A stretch of DNA of 51,764 bases from positions 1-51,764 of the forward strand of contig NIVC01004286.1 of the NCBI GenBank assembly GCA_002269645.1, written 5' to 3'. Made by a program: the position numbers and the translations under genes. The notes beneath the pieces are model-generated. The model ran no database searches. It worked only from the letters and a program-made list of their open reading frames with translations, and was not told where the DNA came from. The first letter of the stretch is position 1. Every line of letters starts with the position of its first letter. Source of the DNA: Macrostomum lignano. Lineage: Eukaryota. This document shows, piece by piece, positions 24,365-36,300 of this stretch.

Positions 24365-26108
24365 ATGGGCCGGAAGGATGCGATGGCGGCGCAGCTGCCT
24401 GTGGATCAGTACCGAAAGAAGATCGGTGCGTCTTTTGATGTCTGTGCTGCTGGGTGGCCACTGGGTGTCATGGGGCAGTCTGGGGCCACTGCTGATGGTC
24501 ATGGGGCAGTCTAGGGTCACTGCTGATGGTCATTGGACAGTCTGGTCACTGCTGATGATCATTGGGCAGTCTGGGTGGGTGGTCATGGCCCCATGGGGTA
24601 GCGGTGGAACACAGGGGGGGGGGGTCATGACTCCATGGGGTAGCGATGGAACACTAAGGGGGGGGGGTCATGGCCCCATGGGGTAGCGTTGGAACACAGG
24701 GGGGTCATGGCCCATGGGGTAGCGGTGGAACACAGGGGGGTCATGACATCATGGGGTAGCGGTGGAACACAGGGGGTCATGGCCCCATGGGGTAGCGGTG
24801 AAGCACAGGGGGTGTCATGGCCCCCATGGGGTAGCGGTGGAACACTGAGGGGGGGGGGGGTCATGGGATAGCGGTGGAACACAGGGGGTCATGGCCCCAT
24901 GGGATAGCGGTGGAACACAGGGGGGTCATGACATCATGGGGTAGCGGTGGAACACAGGGGGGGTCATGGCCCCATGGGGTAGCGGTGGAACACAGGGGGG
25001 TCATGACATCATGGGGTAGCGGTGGAACACAGGGGGGTCATGACATCATGGGGTAGCGGTGGAACACAGGGGGTCATGGCCCCATGGGGTAGCGGTGGAA
25101 CACAGGGGGGTCATGACATCATGGGGTAGCGGTGGAACACAGGGGGGGTCATGGCCCCATGGGGTAGCGGTGGAACACAGGGGGGTCATGACATCATGGG
25201 GTAGCGGTGGAACACAGGGGGGTCATGACATCATGGGGTAGCGGTGGAACACAGGGGGTCATGGCCCCATGGGGTAGCGGTGAAGCACAGGGGGTGTCAT
25301 GGCCCCCATGGGGTAGCGGTGGAACACTGAGGGGGGGGGGGGGTCATGGGATAGCGGTGGAACACAGGGGGTCATGGCCCCATGGGGTAGCGGTGGAACA
25401 CAGGGGGGTCATGACATCATGGGGTAGCGGTGGAACACAGGGGGTCATGGCCCCATGGGGTAGCGGTGAAGCACAGGGGGTGTCATGGCCCCCATGGGGT
25501 AGCGGTGGAACACTGAGGGGGGGGGGTCATGGGATAGCGGTGGAACACAGGGGGTCATGGCCCCATGGGGTAGCGGTGGAACACTGAGGGGGGGGGGTCA
25601 TGGGATAGCGGTGGAACACAGGGGGTCATGGCCCCATGGGATAGCGGTGGAACACAGGGGGGGGGGTCATCGCCCCATGGGATAGCGGTGGAACACTGAG
25701 GGGGGGTCATGGCCCCATGGGGTAGCGGTGAAACACAAATGGGGTCATGACCCCATTCGGTAGCGGTGACCCCACTAAGCTGATAAGCCTGCTGCCATCC
25801 CCCTGTCAACTGCAGGCCAGAGCCAGCAGAAGCGGGCCAGCAAGAGCATGAAGGAGCAGCGATCAGCTGATGAGCAGCTCAAATCGCGGTCGCTTGTCTC
25901 GGTGAGTCATAAAAAAGCTCCGGATGATCAGTTAAAAATTTCCTGAACAAAAGTGTAAATAAAATCCATCGTTCTCCAACATCAGGACGTGCTGCTGCCT
26001 CTGGCCGGTCTTCTGCTTTTGCTAGTCGGTCTCTACTGCTCTCTATACTACTATATAGATCGGCAGGGCAGTAGTGCGAAAGGCGCATCTTCAACGTCGC
26101 AACAGTGA
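24365..26108 (+). CDS. TRIQK: Triple QxxK/R motif-containing protein, 89 aa; join(24365-24425, 25816-25901, 25986-26108)
   Basis: Splices to MGRKDAMAAQLPVDQYRKKIGQSQQKRASKSMKEQRSADEQLKSRSLVSDVLLPLAGLLLLLVGLYCSLYYYIDRQGSSAKGASSTSQQ*. Matches the remembered TRIQK N-terminus MGRKDA...LPVDQYRKQIG plus a C-terminal TM helix. GT-AG introns have consistent phases (1, 0). Confidence 0.9.
24460..25770. repeat. ~32-37-bp G-rich satellite filling TRIQK intron 1 (CCCCATGGGGTAGCGGTGGAACACAGGGGGTCATGG)
   Basis: About 35 units carrying the palindromes CCCCATGGGG or TCATGA. Confidence 0.95.
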
Positions 26109-26589
26109 TATTTTGATGAAATTTGAGAAAACTTCATTGCCTTTTTCGTTGTTTAAAAATCAAATCAATAATTTTATTGACCTAAGACTTTTTGTACTTT
26201 TAATATTTATGATTTTTTATGGATAATATAGGCACGGAGTGGGTGGCATTAAATTCTGATTGCGGTCCAGGTTCCTTCAAGGGGGGATGGTTGGTTGCAG
26301 ATTGATTGTCAAATCCCCTTTGTGTGCCAAATTTCTTGTGTCCTGTGTACATACTGATTTTCAGAATTGTTTTACAAACTTGTGATTTTTAATTAGAATT
26401 TCATTACTAAATACAATTCTTGATATTAATTTCATTTTCATAGCCTGAAAATGCTTTTTTAGTGCAATTTTGATCACATTTTAACACCTGGTGTGAATCT
26501 GGCACACGCGTTCGGCTTCCAGCTTCTCGACTTAAAACTTACTTTTTAAGTTGGAAATTTGTTGGATGGGACTTCACCAGGATTACCGT

Positions 26590-26965
26590 TAGAGGGCTCC
26601 ATATTGGTCTGTTGGTGTCGCATTAGTTTTAGGGGGCCACATTGGTCTGTTTGAGGGGGTCACATTAGTCCGTTGGGGGTGTCACATTGGTCTGTGAGAG
26701 GTTACATTGGTCTGTTAGAGAGGCCGTGGTCACATTGCTCTGTTTGAGGGGGTCACATTGGTCTGTTAGAGGGGCCGGGGTCACATTGCTCTGTTTGAGG
26801 GGGGTCACATTGCTCTGTTTGAGGGGGTCACATTGCTCTGTTAGAGGGGCCGGGGTCACATTGCTCTATTAGAGGGGGTCACATTAGTCTGTTTGTGGTG
26901 TCTCATTAGTCTGTTGGGAGGGGATATATTGGTCGGTTAGAGGGGGTCACGTTAGTCTGTAAGTT
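26590..26965. repeat. ~24-bp diverged tandem repeat GGGGGTCACATTGGTCTGTTAGA
   Basis: About 15 copies between TRIQK and POLG. Confidence 0.85.
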
Positions 26966-27217
26966 GGTCAAATTTGTCTCAGGTCAGGGAGTGGGTCAGT
27001 TACATTATTTCAGTAATCACAGTCGGTGAAACCATTTTCTAATCAAAGGCCTTCGCAGCACCCATAATTAATTATTTGAAAAAGTACTGAATGTACTTGC
27101 ATAAATCTTCTGTTGCAGCATCCATCCAGAGTGATGCTGATGCTCGCCTTGCTCAATCTTCATCAGCTTGCTCAGCAGCATCCGCTCTGACTCGGCGGCA
27201 AAGTAGGTCAAAGCCAA

Positions 27218-27364
27218 ATGCAGCTCCTGTCGAGCCAGCGCCTTCTAGCGAAGTTGCTTAAACGATTTAAAAGCGTTGAAGCTGCGGCAACTGCGACAGC
27301 GACTTCTTCAAGCGCTGCTGACGCCGCCGCGCCAGCGGACTTTGAACCGCCGACCTTCAATGAG
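27218..27364 (+). CDS. POLG: POLG exon 1 (putative mitochondrial presequence [20 protein letters not shown]...FNE)
   Basis: 49 codons; basic/hydroxylated N-terminus without acidic residues. Splicing gives FNE|VGIQLLS, matching the conserved N-x-x-GIQ(M/L)LS motif. Confidence 0.8.
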
Positions 27365-30300
27365 GTTCGTTGAGGCTCTCCAGATTTGGTTACCTCTGTG
27401 ATTGTCTTTGTCGGCTAATGACTAAATACGATTTGTACATGTATTACTTTTTAAGCCAGTGGGGAATAATAAACGTCTGATTTATACATACTTCGATTCT
27501 TACGAGCAGTAGGCCAGGCCGTAAGAATGTAAACTGAGCCCAATGTACACCTGAGTTGCCACAGTGTTCACCAGTCCCGATACACACTAGTCCTAAGTTC
27601 CAATGTGCACTAGCCCTAATGTACATGTGCACTAGTCCTGATGCATGTCATCCCTTTTTACGCCAGCCCCACTGTAAACTACATCAACTTAACACCATGT
27701 GTTATGTGACACAACACAAAGTACATGTCAAACGTACAACAGCTTCAATTATTGTGCATGTTCACCAGCCCCGTTGTGTACTCAGTGAATGTAGAACAAC
27801 TGCAAATATTCTAAGGTTAATGTACACCTAAACCCTACAGCCCCCCAATGTTACACCAAACCTACGGCCCCAATGTACACCAAACCTACAGCCCCAATAT
27901 GCACCTAATCTACAGCCCCAATGTACACCCAAACCCTACAGCCCAATGTACACCCAAACCCTACAGCCCAATGTACACCCAAACCCTACAGCCCAATGTA
28001 CACCCAAACCCTACAGCCCAATGTACACCCAAATCCTACAGCCCAATGTACACCTAAACCCTACAGCCCAATGTGCACCTAAACCCTACAGCCTAATCTA
28101 TACCCAAACCCTATAAGTCCAATGTACACCAAACCTACCGCCCCAATGTGCACCAAGTTGCAAACCTTCATGTGCTTCAAGGTTGGCATCCAGCTACTCA
28201 GTCGGGACCTTCAACGCGCCCTCTTCGGAGGCCAGGAAGGCACCGGCGGCTCGCGCGATGCTTCGAAGCGGCAGGCGCGGCCGCCGCCGGCAGCCGCTGT
28301 GGCTCACCTGAAGCGCCACGGCATCCCGCTGGAGCAGTCCCTGGCCTCTGCCTCCGCCGGCAGCCACGCCCCGGTGATCCGCTGCCCCTCCCGCCGTTGG
28401 AGGGCGGGGCGGGCATCGAGGAGCACTTCAGGCGCATCGCCGAGGAGCAGGTGGCGCCCTACCGCCGCCTGATTGACGCTCTAGCCTCCGCGAGGACCTC
28501 GAAGTCTGGTCCGCCGGCCAAGGACGCCTGGCCGATGCCACCTGGTCCGGGCTGGCACCGGCTGCTGTGCTCCGGCACTTCCGCTGCGAGACTCGAACCC
28601 GTGACCTGTCCTGCCGGGGACGCGTTCGTGTTCGACACCGAGAACGTGCTAGCGGTGGGCCAGGCGCCCGTCATGGCGGTGGCTTTCGGCCTGGAGGGCT
28701 GGTCCGTACCCTGGGGGTGGGGGTGGCTTGGGGCCTGGAGGGCTGGTCCGTGCCCGGGGTGGTGGGGGTGGCTTTCGGCCTGGAGGGCTGGTCCGTGCCC
28801 GGGGGTGGTGGGGTGGCTTGGGGCCTGGAGGGCTGGTCCGTGCCCGGGGTGGTGGGGGTGGCTTGGGGCCTGGAGGGCTGGTCCGTGCCCGGGGGTGGTG
28901 GGGGTGGCTTTCGGCCTGGAGGGCTGGTCCGTGCCCGGGGTGGTGGGGGTGGCTTGGGGCCTGGAGGGCTGGTCCGTGCCCGGGGGTGGTGGGGGTGGCT
29001 TGGGGCCTGGAGGGCTGGTCCGTGCCCGGGGGTGGTGGGGGTGGCTTGGGGCCTGGAGGGCTGGTCCGTGCCAGGGGGTGGTGGGTGGGGGTGCGCGAGA
29101 ACTAGACACGTGATTCAGGCGCTAAATTATGTACTATAAATGTACTGTTAATTAAATGTACTTTAAAGGAACTATATTGTAGGCTTAAAGAGGCTGCTAA
29201 ATCACAATTTAGGAATATTAGAGTTCCGAATGGGACAGAAAGGCGACTGTTGCATCACTAGCGCGTCACGTGAGTTGCAGAATCGTAACAGAGTCGCGAA
29301 AGAGTCGTCCAAGAATCGTAAAACTCAAATTCATCAAGCGACGCAAATGCGCTTCAAACACAACTCAGCGACTCTGGCACGCCTTTAAATACGACTCTAC
29401 GGTCCAGATCGCGTTTCAGAGTCGCAGACAATAAAACACTTCAAATTGACTGTTGGGCGACTCTTTGACGACTTTTTTGCGACTTGTATCGACTCGTCGT
29501 TTTAGCGTCGTTTAGAGTCGTATTTTACCCCCTGTGTTACCTGCAAGCGACTCAGAAACGACTATGGGACGACGAAAGTCATTCTGGGACGCTTCTTGGT
29601 CTTGGTACCGTAGATAGTTTTACTTAATAGTTTTTAATTATTTCTTATTAGATGACGAGGCTTCGACTACTATAGATACATCTATAGTTACTCCTACTGT
29701 TTACCCCGATCAGGTACTGCTGGTGCTCGCCGATGCTGTTCGGTGGGCCGCCAGTCGCAGACGATGAGCTCGCGCCGGAGCACCTGGTGCCGATGTACGG
29801 TCCTGGGGATGATCCAGACCGGCCGCGCCTCATTGCTGGCCACTTTGTTGCGTTTGACCGGGCCAAGATCAAGGAGGAGTACAGTCTCCAGGTGAGGGGC
29901 GAATTGCTTACTGACAGGCCTTCATAATTCCTTTGTCACGGCAGCGCGAGCTTCTAAAATTTGGCTGCCTAAAATCGGCAATCACCCACACAATCGCCTT
30001 TTTAAAATAGCTGTTTAAAAATAGCAAACATCATTTAAATTTGTTTTCTTAGGAATATCACCCTTCAGAAAATTGCCCCTATAATCGCCCCCTAAATCCA
30101 TATACTAAAAATGGTCTGTCGGTAGGTAGGTAGGTATATGGGTATGTGATCGATTTTAGCAAAAATGGCTCAACCGATTTTGTTCGAACTTATGGTCCCT
30201 AAATCGTCTCTAAAATCGCCCCCCTAAAATCGCCCCTAAAATCGCCCCCTAAATCGCCCCTAAAATCGCCCCCTAAATCGCCCCTAAAATCGCCCCCTAA

Positions 30301-33300
30301 ATCGCCCCTAAAATCGCCCCCTAAAATCGCCTCTAAAATCGCCCCTAAAATTGCTCCCTAAAATCGCCCCTAAAATTGCTCCCTAATATCGCCTCTAAAA
30401 TCGCCCCCTAAAATCGCCCCTAAAATTGCTCCCTAAAATCGCCCCCTAAAATCGCCTCTTAAAATCGCCCCCTAAAACCGCACCTGAAAGCGCCCTTAAA
30501 ACCGCCTCTCAAAATCGCCTAAAAAACCGGCGGCCGCGCAGCGCACGGGCAGCCGGTTCCTGGACACGATGTCGCTACATATCGGCATGCGCGGCCTGAC
30601 GTCCAACCAGCGCACCCTGAAGCTCATGGCCAAGCGGGGCCGCTTCGCCAACAAGCGCTGGGCGGAGTACCAGCGCGACCGGAAGCAGCGCGGCGCCGAC
30701 TCCGTTGACGAGGACAACTTCGGCCGCCTGGCCTGGGTTAGCGACTCGGCGCTGAACAACTTGGCCGATGTCTTCGCGCTGTGCACCGGCGAGGACGCCG
30801 AGGCCGACGCGAAACTCGAGCTGCGAGATTATTTCGTCAGCGGCAGTCTGGCCGACGTTCGAGACCGACTGCGCAAGCTGCTCGCCTACTGCGCCCGCGA
30901 CGTCTGGATGACCCACCGGGTGCTGGCGCGCCAGTGGAAGGATTTCGACAAGCACTTTCCCAGCCCGGTGACTCTCGGCGGCCTGCTGGAGATGGGCAGC
31001 GTGCTGCTGCCTACCAACTCCAGCTGGAATAAGTACAGGTGCACTAATTAGATGGCGAGGCAATCCGTTGTATAATAGCAGTCATAGTTACTCTCGCTGT
31101 CTACCCATTGTAAAGTTATTACTATCTACGAGTAGACTAATTAGACTAATTAGAAGATAACGATGTAATTATGTATCAGACAGGGCAAAATGCACTTGCT
31201 TTTTACCCTATTCAAGAGTAATAAACTGAATCTCGTACTAATTACATTACGAAGTACATGTATTTAAATATAAACTACCTCGGGTATAGATACTCACGCC
31301 AATTACTGTTAAACAATCTTTACTAAATGTATGACGAGGCATCAACCTATCATGGTTACTCCCTCCGTTTACCCTGTACGATAAATCTAATCCAACCCGC
31401 TGCTCCGTCCCTGTACAGGCGGCTGTCCCAGACCGTCTACGACCGCCTGCAGGACGGCCAGCGGCAAACTCTGCAGCGTCTGGCTGACGAAGCCGTTAAA
31501 AAATTTGCTAACGGAGGTCACGAGCTCGATCCCTGGCTATGGGATCTCGACTGGTCCGTGGGAAAATCCAAGACCGGACTGCCGAAGTGAGTGTTTTGGT
31601 ACATTGGCTGTTCCGTCTTGTACGAATAACTTTACTCATCTGACTGGTTGGAGTCCTGCTCTGTTCTCTCATCTCTCTCCTCCATCTCCCCTCTCCCATC
31701 TCCCTCGCATCTCGCATCTCACCTCTCCCCTCTCCCTTGCCCCATCTCCCATCTCCCATCTCCTCTCTTCCATCTCTCCTCCCCTCTCCTCTCCCTCTCT
31801 CTCCTCTCCCATCTCTCCTCTCCCCTCTCCTCTTTTCTATCTCCCCTCACCCACCTCTCCTCTCCCCTCCCATCTCTCCTCTCCCCTCTCCCATCTCTCC
31901 TCTCCCCTCTCCTCTTTCCTATCTCCCCTCTCCCATCTCTCCTCTCCCATCTCTCCTCTCCCCTCTCCTCTTTCCTATCTCCCCTCACCCATCTCTCCTC
32001 TCCCCTCTCCCATCTCTCCTCTCCCATCTCTCCTCTCCCATCTCTCCTCTCCCCTCTCCTCTTTCCTATCTCCCCTCTCCCATCTCCCCTCTCCCCTCTC
32101 CCATCTCTCCTCTCCCATCTTTCTTCTCCCCTCTCCTCTTTCCTATCTCCCCTCTCCCATCTCCCTCTCCCCTCTCCCATCTCTCCTCTCCCCTCTCCAT
32201 CTCTCCTCTCCCCTCTCCTCTTTCCTATCTCCCCTCTCCCATCTCCCCTCTCCCCTCTCCCATCTCTCCTCTCCCATCTCTCCTCTCCCCTCTCCTCTTT
32301 CCTATCTCCCCTCACCCATCTCTCCTCTCCCCTCCCATCTCTCCTCTCCCCTCTCCCATCTCTCCTCTCCCTCTCCTCTTTCCTATCTCCCCTCTCCCAT
32401 CTCCCTCTCCCCTCTCCCATCTCTCCTCTCCCATCTCTCCTCTCCCCTCTCCTCTTTCCTATCTCCCCTCACCCATCTCTCCTCTCCCCTCCCATCTCTC
32501 CTCTCCCCTCTCCCATCTCTCCTCTCCTCTCTCCTCTTTCCTATCTCCCCTCTCCCATCTCTCCTCCCATCTCTCCTCTCCCCTCTCCTCTTTCCTATCT
32601 CCCCTCACCCATCTCTCCTCTCCCCTCTCCCATCTCTCCTCTCCCCTCTCCCATCTCTCCTCTCCCCTCTCCCATCTCTCCTCTCCCATCTTTCCTCTCC
32701 CCTCTCCTCTTTCCTATCTCCCCTCTCCCATCTCCCCTCTCCCCTCTCCCATCTCTCCTCTCCCCTCTCCTCTTTCCTATCTCCCCTCACCCATCTCTCC
32801 TCTCCCCTCCCATCTCTCCTCTCCCCTCTCCCATCTCTCCTCTCCCCTCTCCTCTTTTCTATCTCCCCTCACCCACCTCTCCTCTCCCCTCCCATCTCTC
32901 CTCTCCCCTCTCCCATCTCTCCTCTCCCCTCTCCTCTTTCCTATCTCCCCTCTCCCATCTCTCCTCTCCCATCTCTCCTCTCCCCTCTCCTCTTTCCTAT
33001 CTCCCCTCACCCATCTCTCCTCTCCCCTCTCCCATCTCTCCTCTCCCATCTCTCCTCTCCCATCTCTCCTCTCCCCTCTCCTCTTTCCTATCTCCCCTCT
33101 CCCATCTCCCCTCTCCCCTCTCCCATCTCTCCTCTCCCATCTTTCTTCTCCCCTCTCCTCTTTCCTATCTCCCCTCTCCCATCTCCCCTCTCCCCTCTCC
33201 CATCTCTCCTCTCCCCTCTCCCATCTCTCCTCTCCCCTCTCCTCTTTCCTATCTCCCCTCTCCCATCTCCCCTCTCCCCTCTCCCATCTCTCCTCTCCCA

Positions 33301-36300
33301 TCTCTCCTCTCCCCTCTCCTCTTTCCTATCTCCCCTCACCCATCTCTCCTCTCCCCTCCCATCTCTCCTCTCCCCTCTCCCATCTCTCCTCTCCCCTCTC
33401 CTCTTTCCTATCTCCCCTCTCCCATCTCCCCTCTCCCCTCTCCCATCTCTCCTCTCCCATCTCTCCTCTCCCCTCTCCTCTTTCCTATCTCCCCTCACCC
33501 ATCTCTCCTCTCCCCTCCCATCTCTCCTCTCCCCTCTCCCATCTCTCCTCTCCTCTCTCCTCTTTCCTATCTCCCCTCTCCCATCTCTCCTCCCATCTCT
33601 CCTCTCCCCTCTCCTCTTTCCTATCTCCCCTCACCCATCTCTCCTCTCCCCTCTCCCATCTCTCCTCTCCCCTCTCCCATCTCTCCTCTCCCCTCTCCCA
33701 TCTCTCCTCTCCCATCTTTCCTCTCCCCTCTCCTCTTTCCTATCTCCCCTCTCCCATCTCCCCTCTCCCCTCTCCATCTCTCCTCTCCCCTCTCCTCTTT
33801 CCTATCTCCCCTCACCCATCTCTCCTCTCCCCTCCCATCTCTCCTCTCCCCTCTCCCATCTCTCCTCTCCCCTCTCCTCTTTCCTATCTCCCCTCTCCCA
33901 TCTCTCCTCCCATCTCTCCTCTCCCCTCTCCTCTTTCCTATCTCCCCTCACCCATCTCTTCTCTCCCCTCTCCCATCTCTCCTCCCATCTCTCCTCTCCC
34001 CTCTCCTCTTTCCTATCTCCCCTCTCCTATCTCCCCTCTCCCCTCTCCCATCTCTCCTCTCCTATCTTTCCTCTCCCCTCTCCTCTTTCCTATCTCCCCT
34101 CTCCCATCTCCCCTCTCCCCTCTCCCATCTCCCCTCTGCCATCTCTCCTCTCCCCTCTCCTCTTTCCCATCTCCCCTCTCCCATCTCCCCTCTGCCATCT
34201 CTCCTCTCCCCTCTCCTCTTTCCTATCTCCCCTCTCCCATCTCTCCTCTCCCATCTCTCCTCTCCCCTCTCCTCTTTCCTATCTCCCCTCTCGCATCTCT
34301 CCTCTCCCATCTCTCCTCTTTCCTCTCCTCTTTCCTATCTCCCCTCACCCATCTCTCCTCTCCCCTCTCCCATCTATCCTCTCCCTCTCCCATCTCTCCT
34401 CTCCCCTCTCCTCTTTCCTATCTCCCCTCTCCCATCTCTCCTCCCCTCTCCTCTCCCTCTCTCTCTCTCTCTCTCTCGGCTCCCTCTAATCCCCCATGCC
34501 TCTCATTTTCAATAATAATATAGTATTCTTATTCTTTCTCGATAAGAGCTCAAGGCTCCTGTTCTCATGCAGTTCTCAATTTTGGGAAATGCATTTAATA
34601 TTCTTATATTTCTTCATTTGCCTCCCCCTTACCGTGGCAGGTAGAGGGGGGGGCTGAATTGAATCGGGGGCTGAGCGGCTGCTGCTGGGGACGGAAATCT
34701 GAGAGCGAGTGCAGCGGCCTCTCCGGCTTCAGAATCGAAGACGCGAGTCTCGGGACTCGGGGGGGGGGGTGGCTACAGAGACAGCCAGGCGGGAGAATGA
34801 AAGTAGAAAACCTGGGGCCGGCTTATTAATGCAGCTAATCAGTTTATCCTGCTGTGTGCACCGGCTCGCCCTGGGCCTCCTCGGCAGCCAGCCATGCAGA
34901 CAGCTGGGGCTGTTGATTTCTTTGACTGCCAGCTGCTCAAGTTCGGTTAGGGAACTATTAATCTGCTTTACTTTATTAGTATTATTGTTGCCTATGGGGG
35001 CTCGATTGAAATCCCATGTACTTTAATAACATATTTTGGGTTTTTTAAGGTTTTCTTGCAAAAATCACATGACCAGCCACAGTCAGGGTTGAAACTCAAT
35101 TTGAGCTCACCAAACAAGGTAGGATTACTAATTAGGATTGCTAGGGTATATGGTGGTGCCGTTTCCTGAGTCAACTTTGAAAGTTGCACCACTTTTTTCC
35201 GCATTTAACCATCGAAGCGTACGGATAGTCACGTAGGCTGGCAGGTGAGAACAGTACAGACATCATGCGGATGGTCACGTAGGTTGGCAGGTGAGAACAG
35301 TACAGACATCATGCGAATAGTCACGTAGGCTGGCAGGTGAGAACAGTACATACATCATGCGAATAGTCACGTAGGTTGGCAGGTAAGAACAGTACAGACA
35401 TCATGCGGATGGTCACGTAGGCTGGCAGGTGAGAACAGTACAGACATCATGCGGATGGTCACGTAGGTTGGCAGGTGAGAACAGTACAGACATCATGCGG
35501 ATGGTCACGTAGGTTGGCAGGTGAGAACAGTACAGACATCATGCGGATGGTCACGTAGGTTGGCAGGTGAGAACAGTACAGACATCATGCGGATGGTCAC
35601 GTAGGTTGGCAGGTGAGAACAGTACAGACATCATGCGAATAGTCACGTAGGCTGGCAGGTGAGAACAGTACAGACATCATGCGGATGGTCACGTAGGCTG
35701 GAAGGTGAGAACAGTACATACATCATGCGAATAGTCACGTAGGCTGGCAGGTGAGAACAGTACAGACATCATGCGAATAGTCACGTAGGCTGGCAGCTGA
35801 GAACAGTACAGACATCATGCGGATGGCCACGTAGGCTGGCAGGTGAGAACAGTACAGACATCATGCGGATGGTCACGTAGGTTGGCAGGTGAGAACAGTA
35901 CAGACATCATGCGGATGGTCACGTAGGCTGGCAGGTGAGAACAGTACAGACATCATGCGGATGGTCACGTAGGCTGGCAGCTGAGAACAGTACAGACATC
36001 ATGCGGATGGTCACATAGGTTGGCAGGTGAGAACAGTACAGACATCATGCGGATGGTCACGTAGGTTGGCAGGTGAGAACAGTACAGACATCATGCGGAT
36101 GGTCACGTAGGTTGGCAGGTGAGAACAGTACAGACATCATGCGAATAGTCACGTAGGCTGGCAGGTGAGAACAGTACAGACATCATGCGGATGGTCACGT
36201 AGGTTGGCAGGTGAGAACAGTACAGACATCATGCGAATAGTCACGTAGGCTGGCAGGTGAGAACAGTACAGACATCATGCGGATGGTCACGTAGGCTGGC

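Noticed and set aside
24312-25809. ORFs such as MEHRGVMTSWGSGG...
   Set aside because: They are translations of the TRIQK intron 1 satellite; the real gene uses a different frame and splicing.
27064-27245. Protein-like minus-strand frame ([32 protein letters not shown]...) behind a TAG acceptor, overlapping the POLG leader
   Set aside because: It is the codon-aligned antisense of the POLG/uORF frame, so it may be a shadow ORF. No partner exons found. Revisit only if stranded RNA-seq shows antisense splicing.
27900-28120. AAACCCTA resembling a plant telomere repeat
   Set aside because: It is only part of a 25-bp unit and never tandem by itself.
31505-34523. 900-1000-aa Ser/Pro/Leu ORFs and antisense Arg/Gly/Glu ORFs
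   Set aside because: Artefacts of a CT-rich satellite inside POLG intron 5.
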